Shown piece after piece: positions 8,448-17,182 of a DNA stretch of 64,000 nt (its first letter is position 1; every line of letters starts with the position of its first letter). Source of the DNA: a virus. The translations under genes and the position numbers were made by a program. The notes below the pieces were generated by a model that saw only the letters and a list, made by a program, of their open reading frames with translations, was not told the DNA's origin and ran no database searches. Location: IMG/VR virus record IMGVR_UViG_3300045988_175656, one strand, 5' to 3'.

Positions 8448-8612
8448 ATGACAAGAGAAGAAATTGAAAAAGATATAGAATGGGAGTTTGGTAATTCTTG
8501 TGGCATCTGGTACCCATTTAGAAATATAATAGACAATTATACTGATGAAGATATATATGATGTTATGATTCAATGGACTAAAAAACATGGTGCTAAGTTT
8601 GATGATGAATAA
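8448..8612 (+). CDS. small hypothetical protein (54 aa, below track cutoff)
   Basis: ATG lies 2 nt after the upstream stop (MTREEIEKDIEWEFGNSCGIWYPF..KHGAKFDDE*). It fills the gap up to the terminator cassette. Confidence 0.45.
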   Translation: MTREEIEKDIEWEFGNSCGIWYPFRNIIDNYTDEDIYDVMIQWTKKHGAKFDDE

Positions 8613-8624
8613 TTAACCATATTT

Positions 8625-8667
8625 AACGAGATTTCTTTTGGAATCTCGTTTTTTATTTGTACATTTG
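8625..8667 (+). promoter_or_regulatory. terminator hairpin fused to promoter (cassette copy 1 of 6)
   Basis: AACGAGATT-tcttttgg-AATCTCGTT, then a T-run, then TACATTTG. The loop TTTG lies about 20 nt upstream of the -7 box. Confidence 0.65.
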
Positions 8668-8692
8668 TACCAAAATAAAAAACCATAGAATT

Positions 8693-9091
8693 ATGAGACG
8701 AGAACATTATCTTCCAAAACAGCCTAAATATGGCAATAAACAGTGTGAAACTTTCTCCCATATAGATATAAATGGAGAAAAAGTTATGAAAAATAAACAA
8801 AAATATGATACTGATAAGGAAGCAATTGAAGAAGCAAGAAAATTAAATTGTTTGCCTGAAACAATTCATAAAGTAGTTGCATATAAGTGTATAACCTGTG
8901 GAAAGTGGCACATTGGTAGAACTACTAAAGTTTTAACTGAAAAAGAAAAAGAACATTATAGAAGTCTTGGGACACCTTTTAATTTTAAAAAAGTCATATA
9001 TAAAACTGATATATCAGAGGGTAAGTTTAAACGTATAATTCCAAGTGCTGAACAGGAACTTATTATTAAAAGAAATTTAGGTCTATTATGA
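8693..9091 (+). CDS. hypothetical protein with CxxC motif
   Basis: The start is moved to MRREHYLPK because the track start at 8657 lies inside the promoter box. It contains KCITCGKWHIGR. Confidence 0.55.
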   Translation: MRREHYLPKQPKYGNKQCETFSHIDINGEKVMKNKQKYDTDKEAIEEARKLNCLPETIHKVVAYKCITCGKWHIGRTTKVLTEKEKEHYRSLGTPFNFKKVIYKTDISEGKFKRIIPSAEQELIIKRNLGLL

Positions 9092-9390
9092 GTGAATCAA
9101 AAAAAGTACAAAATATGAGGGCTGATTTTATAAACTTCATAAAATCAGTTGTGTTCATGAAAGGAAAATTAAATATATGTGGTGAACAAGAGATAAATTT
9201 TGATAATTTATCAAATGTAATTTCTTTGGATTATTTTGATATTAATGGTGCAAGTCATTCAAGTTATATTGAAAGTGTTTTATTATGTAATGATAAATTA
9301 GTTTTCAATACCAAAAATGGTGATGCATTAACACCATCTGATTTAGAAATGGAAGTTTTGGAGAACATTGTAGACATTTTAAAAGAATAG
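9088..9390 (+). CDS. hypothetical protein
   Basis: 100-aa ORF with an ATGA overlap with the upstream gene. Confidence 0.55.
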   Translation: MSESKKVQNMRADFINFIKSVVFMKGKLNICGEQEINFDNLSNVISLDYFDINGASHSSYIESVLLCNDKLVFNTKNGDALTPSDLEMEVLENIVDILKE

Positions 9391-9396
9391 TTAAAT

Positions 9397-9951
9397 ATGA
9401 AGTTAAAAAAACAATATATTAGAATACTCCAAAAAGCATTCAGAGTATGGAGTAATAAATTAGATGATTATGACTTGCATTATGCAATGGATGAAATTTA
9501 TTATGCTAAAAGTCCAGCAGCCGCTATTCAAAAGTTTTTATCTTCTGAATATGGATATGATTCATCATTTAATGATTGTAAAACACAACGTGTTCCAAGT
9601 GATGATAAAATTGAATATAATGATGGTGTGATATGTAAAACAGGGTTTAGAAGTTGTATTGAAGATTATATGGAAGAACTTGAACGTATGGATATAATTC
9701 GTAAACTTCCTGATGATACAATGTTTTACATACAAGATAGAAGAAACTATGTTGGCAATTCAGTTCTTTGGTGGGGTTTAAATAGTGGTGGTTATGTTAC
9801 AAACCCAAAGAAAGCAATGAAAGTATCAAAAGAATATATTTTAAAACATACATGGAGAAAAACTGATATTATATGGGAAGCGACTGAAGTAGAAAATAAT
9901 ATTACATCACATGTTGATGCTCAATATCTTAATAAAAAGAAAAGTTTTTAA
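9397..9951 (+). CDS. hypothetical protein
   Basis: 184-aa ORF in the gene train with no recognised motif. Confidence 0.55.
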   Translation: MKLKKQYIRILQKAFRVWSNKLDDYDLHYAMDEIYYAKSPAAAIQKFLSSEYGYDSSFNDCKTQRVPSDDKIEYNDGVICKTGFRSCIEDYMEELERMDIIRKLPDDTMFYIQDRRNYVGNSVLWWGLNSGGYVTNPKKAMKVSKEYILKHTWRKTDIIWEATEVENNITSHVDAQYLNKKKSF

Positions 9952-9952
9952 T

Positions 9953-10429
9953 ATGAAAAAAGGTGATAAAGTATTAATTAAAGAATGTCCTATTAAAAAA
10001 TATGTAGGAAAAGAAGGAGTTATTACAAATGTAATTTGTAAATGGAATTGTGAAAAATTATATAAAGTAACAATTGGTAATACAACAATTAAAAATTGGG
10101 CAACAGATGATTGCCTTGAATTAATTGTTGAAAAGAAAACAATAGCAGAATTGTATGATACCGAAACTGAAGATATTAAACGTTTTTGTGACCATGTTAA
10201 TAAGCAGAAAAACGAATATAAAGTAAATGAAGAGTGTTATCATTGTAAATACAAATATAACATTCCAGGAAATGCTCATGTTGGGTGTCGTAAATATTGT
10301 GAAGGAAACACATTTGCATCTTATGGCATTGCAAATGGATGGGTTATTAATATTCCAACATTAGGAATTTCTTGTTTTGACCCAATTTGGAAAGATACAA
10401 AGTGTCCACATTTTGAAGAAAAAGAATAA
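9953..10429 (+). CDS. hypothetical Cys-rich protein
   Basis: The start MKKGDKVLIKE lies immediately after the upstream stop (the track start at 9911 overlaps). The C-terminal half is rich in Cys and His. Confidence 0.55.
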   Translation: MKKGDKVLIKECPIKKYVGKEGVITNVICKWNCEKLYKVTIGNTTIKNWATDDCLELIVEKKTIAELYDTETEDIKRFCDHVNKQKNEYKVNEECYHCKYKYNIPGNAHVGCRKYCEGNTFASYGIANGWVINIPTLGISCFDPIWKDTKCPHFEEKE

Positions 10430-10430
10430 T

Positions 10431-10766
10431 ATGAAAAAAGTTGATATTAATAGAATTTTAACAGATGTTTTATTTGTTGTTTTTAACAATGAAGGTAGTA
10501 ACTCTCCTGAAGATATTACTGATTATGTAGATTCAGAAACAATTCTTGATTATATGTTAGAAGATAATGATTATTTTTTAAGTAATTTTTTAACATATCT
10601 TGAAAGTGCATATATGAATGGTAAATATCCATGTAATGATGGTGATAAATGTTATTATAATGTGTTATTTGTAATGATACGAAATCCTCATTATAAAGAA
10701 AAATGCCAAGACTTCATGAATCGTTATGGGTTTGATTTAGATATAATTAATAGAGATTTTTTGTAA
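10431..10766 (+). CDS. hypothetical protein
   Basis: The start MKKVDINRIL lies right after the upstream stop (the track start at 10377 overlaps). Confidence 0.5.
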   Translation: MKKVDINRILTDVLFVVFNNEGSNSPEDITDYVDSETILDYMLEDNDYFLSNFLTYLESAYMNGKYPCNDGDKCYYNVLFVMIRNPHYKEKCQDFMNRYGFDLDIINRDFL

Positions 10767-10767
10767 T

Positions 10768-11337
10768 ATGCTTAAATTATCTGATATTAGAAAGCCATTA
10801 AAAATTGATGTTCAATCACCTTGTGTTATAACAAGACTTGGGAGGATTGAAAACAGATATGACATTGATTGGGATATTATATTAAGCAATGGGAAACCAT
10901 TACAAAGAGATTTTTGTTGGTCACATGAACAAAAATCTGAATTGATATTATCAGTTCTTAAAAATATTCCAATACCACCTTTTAGTTTTATAATTGGCGG
11001 TAAAGATGACAAAACATTAAGAGTTATTGATGGTAAACAAAGATTATCAACTTTAATTGATTTTTATAAAGGGGTAATTTCATTTCATTATGAAGGGAAA
11101 AATTATTTTTATAAAGATTTAGATAAATCTGCACAATTTGAATTTGAATATTTTGATATTATGGCTTCAGTGGCTTATGAGCCTTTCGTTGAAGATACAC
11201 AATTAAGAAAAACAGAAAAATGTGTACCATTTAATGATGAAGATATTATTGAATGGTTTAAATTAATCAATTTTGCAGGAACACCTCAAAATAAAGAGCA
11301 TTTAAATTATTTAAATAGTATTATTAAAAATAGTTAA
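10768..11337 (+). CDS. DUF262/ParB-like nuclease-domain protein
   Basis: LRVIDGKQRLSTLIDFYKG matches the DGQQR(L/I)T(T/S)L core of DUF262 (the N-terminal domain of GmrSD). There is no DUF1524/HNH half. Confidence 0.55.
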   Translation: MLKLSDIRKPLKIDVQSPCVITRLGRIENRYDIDWDIILSNGKPLQRDFCWSHEQKSELILSVLKNIPIPPFSFIIGGKDDKTLRVIDGKQRLSTLIDFYKGVISFHYEGKNYFYKDLDKSAQFEFEYFDIMASVAYEPFVEDTQLRKTEKCVPFNDEDIIEWFKLINFAGTPQNKEHLNYLNSIIKNS

Positions 11338-11375
11338 ACTTTATATTAATATTTGGTAGTATGAAAATTTTGCCA

Positions 11376-11383
11376 TATATTTG
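11376..11383 (+). promoter_or_regulatory. Bacteroidota-type -7 promoter box
   Basis: CCATATATTTGCAC lies 33 nt upstream of the pncB ATG. Confidence 0.5.
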
Positions 11384-11416
11384 CACTATAAATTAATAAC
11401 AATAATAAAAAATAAC

Positions 11417-12637
11417 ATGGGACAAATAATTAACAGTATTCTTGACACAGATTTATATTCATTTAGTATTCAGTATCTTTATTTACAAAAATTTCCTCGT
11501 GCAAAAGGAACTTTTAAATTTAAAGATAGAAGTAACACAGTTTATCCAGAAGGGTTTGCTGAAAAAGTAATGTCTGAAGTTAGAAAGATGGATAATCTTC
11601 AGCTTCAAGATGATGAAGCTGAATGGATGGAAAATAAGTTGTATTATTTTCCTAAATGGTATATTACAACCTTTTTAAAAGGTTATCGCTTTAATTCTAA
11701 AGAAGTTAGTTTGCGGCAAGATGAAGAAGGGCATTTACATGGGGAGATAAAAGGATATTTGTGGAGAACCCTTTTTTGGGAAGAACCAATTTTGGCAATT
11801 GTATCAGAACTTTATCATAAAGAAATAGGAGAAGTAGCTGATTTACAAGAAGTGGCTGAAATTACACGAAGAAAATTTGAAAAATTCCAATTACATGGCA
11901 TTACATTTTCTGATTTTGGAACACGTAGACGTTTTTCATTTGCTGTACAAGAAACTGTTGTGAAAGTATTTGATGACTTATCAAAACTATATGCTCGTGG
12001 GACATCTAAAGATAGAATCTGTTTCAAAGGCACATCAAATACATATTTGGCATTTAAATATGATTTGACACCTATTGGCACAATGGCACATCAAATTGTA
12101 TCAGCAATTGGCGCACTGTTTGGTTATAAAGAAGCTAATTATTTAGCAATGGAAAATTGGTTTGATGTTTATAATGCAGACCTTGGAATTTTTCTTTATG
12201 ACACTTATGGATGGGATGCATTTGAAAAGAACTTTGCCAAAAAACATGCACTTCTCTATGATGGATTACGAGTTGATTCAGGTGATAATATTGACCAATT
12301 AGAAAAAATTATTGCCAAATATATATCTCTTGGAATTGACCCATCAACTAAAAGTGTTGTATTTTCAAATGCACTAACAACTGATGATGCAGTCCAAATT
12401 CATTTAAAAGTACGTGGGCGTATTAAAGATAGTTATGGAATTGGTACACATTTCACTTGTGATATTCCAGGTGTTAAACCGTTGAATATTGTCATTAAAT
12501 TAGATGAAGTATCTATTACTGAAAAAACCGAAACTAAAAAAGCAGTAAAACTATCTAATGATTTTGGAAAATATACTGGAGATGCTGATGAAGTACAAAT
12601 AGCATTACTAACTTTAGGTATAAAAAATAAAGAATAA
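11417..12637 (+). CDS. pncB: nicotinate phosphoribosyltransferase
   Basis: Collinear with E. coli PncB as I remember it: ILDTDLYSFS, LQLQDDEAEWM, FSDFGTRRRFSFAVQETVV, GTSN, LTPIGTMAHQ, LRVDSGD, LGIDPSTKSVVFSN, SYGIGTHFTCDIPGVKPLNIVIKL. The start is moved to MGQIINS, downstream of the promoter box. Confidence 0.93.
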   Translation: MGQIINSILDTDLYSFSIQYLYLQKFPRAKGTFKFKDRSNTVYPEGFAEKVMSEVRKMDNLQLQDDEAEWMENKLYYFPKWYITTFLKGYRFNSKEVSLRQDEEGHLHGEIKGYLWRTLFWEEPILAIVSELYHKEIGEVADLQEVAEITRRKFEKFQLHGITFSDFGTRRRFSFAVQETVVKVFDDLSKLYARGTSKDRICFKGTSNTYLAFKYDLTPIGTMAHQIVSAIGALFGYKEANYLAMENWFDVYNADLGIFLYDTYGWDAFEKNFAKKHALLYDGLRVDSGDNIDQLEKIIAKYISLGIDPSTKSVVFSNALTTDDAVQIHLKVRGRIKDSYGIGTHFTCDIPGVKPLNIVIKLDEVSITEKTETKKAVKLSNDFGKYTGDADEVQIALLTLGIKNKE

Positions 12638-12918
12638 TGGGTGTTATGGATGCAGTACTAATAACATTATTTATAATAACATGGATTGTATGTATAGTTA
12701 TTGTAAATATATTTATATATGAGTCTTATAAAGAAGAACATAATGGAATAACAACAGGTCAAACTATTGTAATGAACACTATTGGAATACTGCCACTTTT
12801 TAATCAATTGTATGTAATATATTGGTTAATAATGAAAGCATATCGTAATAGAAAAATAATTCTTAAAGGTTTTTCATTGACAAATATTTTTAATTCATTT
12901 AAAGTATTAAAATTATAA
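12637..12918 (+). CDS. small membrane protein
   Basis: TAATG overlap with pncB and two hydrophobic helices. Confidence 0.5.
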   Translation: MGVMDAVLITLFIITWIVCIVIVNIFIYESYKEEHNGITTGQTIVMNTIGILPLFNQLYVIYWLIMKAYRNRKIILKGFSLTNIFNSFKVLKL

Positions 12919-12921
12919 TTC

Positions 12922-13395
12922 ATGGGCATATTAGTATTTTTTTGGTTACTTGCTATTGCAATACTTTTGTTTCTTGTAATAAATATTATTAATTTTCTAT
13001 ACACTAAAAATATTAAATACAGAGAATTAAAAAGAAGATACAGAGAATATGTAAATTATATTAAAGCAAATCAATATATTTTTGAAACAGCAATCAAAAC
13101 TTTTGATGAAATCAAAGATGATAAATTTGAGGAAATGTTATCTGATGAATCAGTTGTTTTTGGTATAAGAACTAAAGATGGAAAATTAGCTTGTTTTAAT
13201 TCTAATAATTTAATGAATGTGAAATTTGGGACTTATGTATTTCATATACCTTATATTAAAGAATATAGAAATACAATAAAAAAGTTACAATTTCATATTA
13301 ATCATATTTCTCTTAGCAGAAAATTTAATGCTGATAAAGAAACAATTGATAAAGCACATAAAATTAAAGACGATATATTAAAAAATAACTTATAA
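12922..13395 (+). CDS. membrane-anchored hypothetical protein
   Basis: N-terminal TM helix followed by a charged soluble part. Confidence 0.55.
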   Translation: MGILVFFWLLAIAILLFLVINIINFLYTKNIKYRELKRRYREYVNYIKANQYIFETAIKTFDEIKDDKFEEMLSDESVVFGIRTKDGKLACFNSNNLMNVKFGTYVFHIPYIKEYRNTIKKLQFHINHISLSRKFNADKETIDKAHKIKDDILKNNL

Positions 13396-13399
13396 TTAA

Positions 13400-13834
13400 A
13401 TGAACGAATTAAAATACAATAATGAAGAAAGACTTACTAATTTTAAAGAACATTTTGGCAAATTAGTAAATAATTGTAAAGCATTTGATTATATGCTAAA
13501 TGAATTACTGCAATTAGAAGATAAGAGATTAGTATATATCATCATCAATAAATTTTGGTTTATTGAACGACAAAGATGCCACTATTGGAACAATTTACCA
13601 AAAAATGTAAAAAGTTATTATAGACCATATTTTATAAAAAATATGAGAAATGTAATGATAACTACATTAAGTAAATGTGGTTCTATTGATATAACTGCTC
13701 ATATGATAACTGAAGAGGGAAAACCTGTATGGGCTGATGAATCTGAAACTGCATATCAATTTAATAAATCAAGATGTCATGGTTTTGTTTTAAATGTTCT
13801 CTCTACTTATTTTAAAATAAGATGTAAAGTATGA
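13400..13834 (+). CDS. hypothetical protein
   Basis: 144-aa ORF in the gene train. Confidence 0.55.
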   Translation: MNELKYNNEERLTNFKEHFGKLVNNCKAFDYMLNELLQLEDKRLVYIIINKFWFIERQRCHYWNNLPKNVKSYYRPYFIKNMRNVMITTLSKCGSIDITAHMITEEGKPVWADESETAYQFNKSRCHGFVLNVLSTYFKIRCKV

Positions 13835-14115
13835 AACGAATTTATATAGATTATACCCATATTGGTGGTAATAGTTATCAAATTGGTTTAATGGATGAAC
13901 ATAATTTATCAACTATTTATTTTATGACAGTTATATGGTCAGATGATAATAGTCCACAAATTATAATTCCTTCAACAAAATTGTTACATAAACAATGTTA
14001 TGATGAAATTAGTAGTATATTATATTCAATAAATTCTGACCAAGAAGAAATTTCAAAAAAGAAACTATCTGATATACTGTTGACCAATGGATATACAAAA
14101 AATCCACTAAATTAA
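13831..14115 (+). CDS. hypothetical protein
   Basis: ATGA overlap with the upstream gene. It is followed by a terminator cassette. Confidence 0.55.
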   Translation: MKRIYIDYTHIGGNSYQIGLMDEHNLSTIYFMTVIWSDDNSPQIIIPSTKLLHKQCYDEISSILYSINSDQEEISKKKLSDILLTNGYTKNPLN

Positions 14116-14123
14116 TCAATTTT

Positions 14124-14166
14124 AACGAGAATTCTTTTGGATTCTCGTTTTTTGTTTGTATATTTG
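14124..14166 (+). promoter_or_regulatory. terminator hairpin fused to promoter (cassette copy 2 of 6)
   Basis: AACGAGAAT-tcttttgg-ATTCTCGTT, then TTTT, then GTTTGTATATTTGCA. Confidence 0.7.
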
Positions 14167-14203
14167 CATCATAAAATTAGAAAACAACAAAAAATAATAT
14201 TGT

Positions 14204-14407
14204 ATGAAAGTAGAAATTATTGACCATATTTCTGGTAATCAAGAGATTGAAACTAAAAGTAGTGGCATTCTTGTTTATGACAAAGATGGAAATGAATATC
14301 ATATAAAAGAGAGTCAATGGGGTGGATTGGAAGTTTATTCTACAAATGATAAATTATCAATTGAACCATGTTATAGTAATTTAATTTATTTAAAGACAAG
14401 AAAATGA
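14204..14407 (+). CDS. hypothetical protein
   Basis: 67-aa ORF downstream of the cassette promoter. Confidence 0.5.
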   Translation: MKVEIIDHISGNQEIETKSSGILVYDKDGNEYHIKESQWGGLEVYSTNDKLSIEPCYSNLIYLKTRK

Positions 14408-14661
14408 AACTGAGAACACAGAAAAATTTTAATACCAGAACTCATGAAACAGTTTATGGTGTAAGTATTATGGTGGATGGTAGCCGTATGTATTGTAAAT
14501 ATCCAATTGGTTATCAAGAGTTTAAAACAAATAAAGATGCTAAAGAAGCATTGGAAAAAATAAAAAACATATTAGATAATGGTGGAACAATACAATATGC
14601 TCCATCAGGAAGTGCTGGATTAAACAAATCTGAATATGTTTTAATTAAAAACAAAGAATAA
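14404..14661 (+). CDS. hypothetical protein
   Basis: ATGA overlap with the upstream gene; 85 aa. Confidence 0.5.
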   Translation: MKLRTQKNFNTRTHETVYGVSIMVDGSRMYCKYPIGYQEFKTNKDAKEALEKIKNILDNGGTIQYAPSGSAGLNKSEYVLIKNKE

Positions 14662-14882
14662 TGAAATATCTGGTAATTCTAATAACTTTTATTTTAATGA
14701 GTTCTTTTTATATAGTAAATGATGTAGAAGAATTTCATATTAGAATGGAAGGTAAAAAGAATGTAGAAATTTTTAAGAAAAAACACCCAAAAATAGTAAG
14801 GGATAGAGCCGTTTATATTGCCTATTTACAAAAATATTATAATGGCAATGAAAATGAGTTTATATCACTTTTAAAACATTAA
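14661..14882 (+). CDS. small membrane-anchored protein
   Basis: TAATG overlap with the upstream gene and an N-terminal TM helix. Confidence 0.5.
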   Translation: MKYLVILITFILMSSFYIVNDVEEFHIRMEGKKNVEIFKKKHPKIVRDRAVYIAYLQKYYNGNENEFISLLKH

Positions 14883-14884
14883 TT

Positions 14885-15154
14885 ATGAAAAAAATTTTGG
14901 TAGGAATTTTTTGTATAACATTATTATTATCATGTACAACTGCAAGGATTCATAGAATGGGTAAACAGTATGTAACAATATATCATATTTTCCCATCTCC
15001 TGATAAAATAGGCTTAGATTATGCTCGTGTATATTTGGTTAATGACACTCTTTGCACAAGACCATATTTCATATATGTACCAAGTAGATTTAATTATGAG
15101 GTAGGAAATACGCTATTGTATAATTTTGAATATTATGATTTTTTAACAAAATAA
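14885..15154 (+). CDS. putative lipoprotein
   Basis: Signal peptide with a lipobox-like LLLSC (MKKILVGIFCITLLLSCTT). Confidence 0.5.
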   Translation: MKKILVGIFCITLLLSCTTARIHRMGKQYVTIYHIFPSPDKIGLDYARVYLVNDTLCTRPYFIYVPSRFNYEVGNTLLYNFEYYDFLTK

Positions 15155-15179
15155 ACTTGTGCTTTTATAAATAAAATAC

Positions 15180-15187
15180 TATATTTG
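15180..15187 (+). promoter_or_regulatory. Bacteroidota-type -7 promoter box
   Basis: ACTATATTTGCATC lies 23 nt upstream of the ATG at 15211. Confidence 0.5.
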
Positions 15188-15210
15188 CATCATTAAAATA
15201 ATAATAAAAA

Positions 15211-16239
15211 ATGGAACAGCACGAAAAATTAATTAAAATTACGCCAAGTTGTTGGCATTATCGTCTTATTAAATACATTTGGAATATTGACCCAAAGATG
15301 TTTATAAATCTTTGCCCATATTTCTGGTTAACAATTGCATCTTTATTTGCATTGCCATTTGTTTGGCTATATAAAGTAATTAAAAATGGTATCACTACAT
15401 TTTTTGATAAAATAGGTGAATATATAGATAAAGTTTTTGATAAAGAATTAGAAAAGTGGGTTAAAACGTTAAATGAAGCTCAAATTATTGAGATTGATAA
15501 ATTTGGTTGGAATTCTGATGATGTTAATGTGCCTTTTTCTTTCAAACAAAAAGCTTCATCATGGGATGCTGTGCATAAATGGTGTAAGTTACATAATATG
15601 TCAACTTCTGACCTTTACAAAAAAGTAGGTCTTTATGAAGAGTTTAAAGAAAAAATGCGTATTAAGAAAGCCGAAAAAAGAAAAAGGGAAGAAGAAAAAG
15701 AATTGCGTAAACAACTCGCTAATAATAAACGCAATATTGATAGAGCTAAAATGAATAAGGTTATTAAAAATACAAAACAGATAGCTGGTTTTCTTATAAC
15801 ACTTCTTTTAGCATTCATATTTTTCTATATTGTTAAATTATTCGTGTTTATTTTCACTATATTTGTTGAGTTTGTAATGCTTAATTCAACTGAATGTGGA
15901 TGTGCTCTTGGCTTTATAGCTCTTAGTTTATTAATTGGATTTATTATATGGTTATATTGTTGTAGAGTTAGTCCAATTGTTGATAGAATTACAGATTGTC
16001 AGTCTGCAAGTGTTAAAGAATGGATTGTAGCATTTCCAGCATTAATCTTTATTGGTTCTTGTTATGTAATATTTTATTGTATTATATATACTTTCTTGTG
16101 GAAATGGATTATATATGCAACTTATGTAGGACTTAGAAATGCGTTTTTTACATTTACAGGTATATTTGGTGAATATTTTGGCGCATCATATTCAGATTAT
16201 TGCCCTGGAATTGAATGGGATGAAAAAGATGAAGATTAA
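15211..16239 (+). CDS. multi-pass membrane protein with central Lys/Glu-rich coiled coil
   Basis: 342-aa ORF. It has TM helices near residue 40 and in the C-terminal third, with KAEKRKREEEKELRKQL in the middle. Confidence 0.6.
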   Translation: MEQHEKLIKITPSCWHYRLIKYIWNIDPKMFINLCPYFWLTIASLFALPFVWLYKVIKNGITTFFDKIGEYIDKVFDKELEKWVKTLNEAQIIEIDKFGWNSDDVNVPFSFKQKASSWDAVHKWCKLHNMSTSDLYKKVGLYEEFKEKMRIKKAEKRKREEEKELRKQLANNKRNIDRAKMNKVIKNTKQIAGFLITLLLAFIFFYIVKLFVFIFTIFVEFVMLNSTECGCALGFIALSLLIGFIIWLYCCRVSPIVDRITDCQSASVKEWIVAFPALIFIGSCYVIFYCIIYTFLWKWIIYATYVGLRNAFFTFTGIFGEYFGASYSDYCPGIEWDEKDED

Positions 16240-16256
16240 CATTAAAAAATAAAAAT

Positions 16257-16754
16257 ATGTACACTTATATTTTAGTAGTAATTTTATTGTTTATAATTGC
16301 ATCTTGTATTAAAACTTCTTTTCCTAAAAAATTTGTTTTAATTGGATGTGCATTAATTAGTTTGGTGGTTTGTGTAGTCATTAATTGTGTTTATTATGGC
16401 GTTAATTATGACACGATGGAAACAGTTAAAAACACTAAAGTTAAAATTGTTTCAGATGAAGAATTAGAAATGAAGATTAAAAATGATTCTATCATTAGAG
16501 TCGAAACTAAAACTTCAATATATAATATCGCCATTAATGGTACTGAAGGAGAGGTTGTTAAATTAGACACTGTTAATAGAGTAATAACAATTAAAGATGA
16601 ATTTGTTGATAATAATCAATGGATGATGATTTCAAGTTATCCAACTAAACATTCAATCACTATTATTGGACTAAAAAAAGATAAATATGATGTATTTAAG
16701 ACTTATCAAGATTCTATTTGCAAAAGAAAAGATACATTATCAAAGAATGGGTAG
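16257..16754 (+). CDS. membrane-anchored hypothetical protein
   Basis: Two N-terminal TM helices; 165 aa. Confidence 0.55.
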   Translation: MYTYILVVILLFIIASCIKTSFPKKFVLIGCALISLVVCVVINCVYYGVNYDTMETVKNTKVKIVSDEELEMKIKNDSIIRVETKTSIYNIAINGTEGEVVKLDTVNRVITIKDEFVDNNQWMMISSYPTKHSITIIGLKKDKYDVFKTYQDSICKRKDTLSKNG

Positions 16755-16953
16755 TCTTTTTCTTGAACTTGAAAATATAGGTGGTAAATTAATTGCATAT
16801 CCAATTATATTCTGTTTAATAACGTTTTTCCATTATTGTTTCGCATTTATGCATACCTCATTTGAAACTTTTATGTTTTTCTATAATAAAGATAGATTTG
16901 CATTAAATGTGGCTAATATGGAAAAGCGTTTAAATAAAAAATACCATGATTGA
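16747..16953 (+). CDS. small membrane protein
   Basis: The internal ATG (MGSLFLELEN..) overlaps the upstream stop by 8 nt. The track start at 16687 would overlap by 68 nt. Confidence 0.4.
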   Translation: MGSLFLELENIGGKLIAYPIIFCLITFFHYCFAFMHTSFETFMFFYNKDRFALNVANMEKRLNKKYHD

Positions 16954-17182
16954 TTTAATCAAAAGATACTTTAAACAATATTTGTCTTTAAAATATCGAA
17001 TAGTTACAGACCGTTTTGCTGGTTATGAATGTCAAGTAACTTTATTTGGTCTTTTTTGGTACGAAATGGGTGGTACTAATACACAATTCAGTATTGAGAG
17101 GTCATTAGATTACATATATAGAAATACAGGAAAACGTTTTAAATTCTTAAAATTAAAAGAAAAATTATATGAACAATGTTAA
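16946..17182 (+). CDS. hypothetical protein
   Basis: 78-aa ORF with an 8-nt overlap upstream. Confidence 0.45.
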   Translation: MIDLIKRYFKQYLSLKYRIVTDRFAGYECQVTLFGLFWYEMGGTNTQFSIERSLDYIYRNTGKRFKFLKLKEKLYEQC

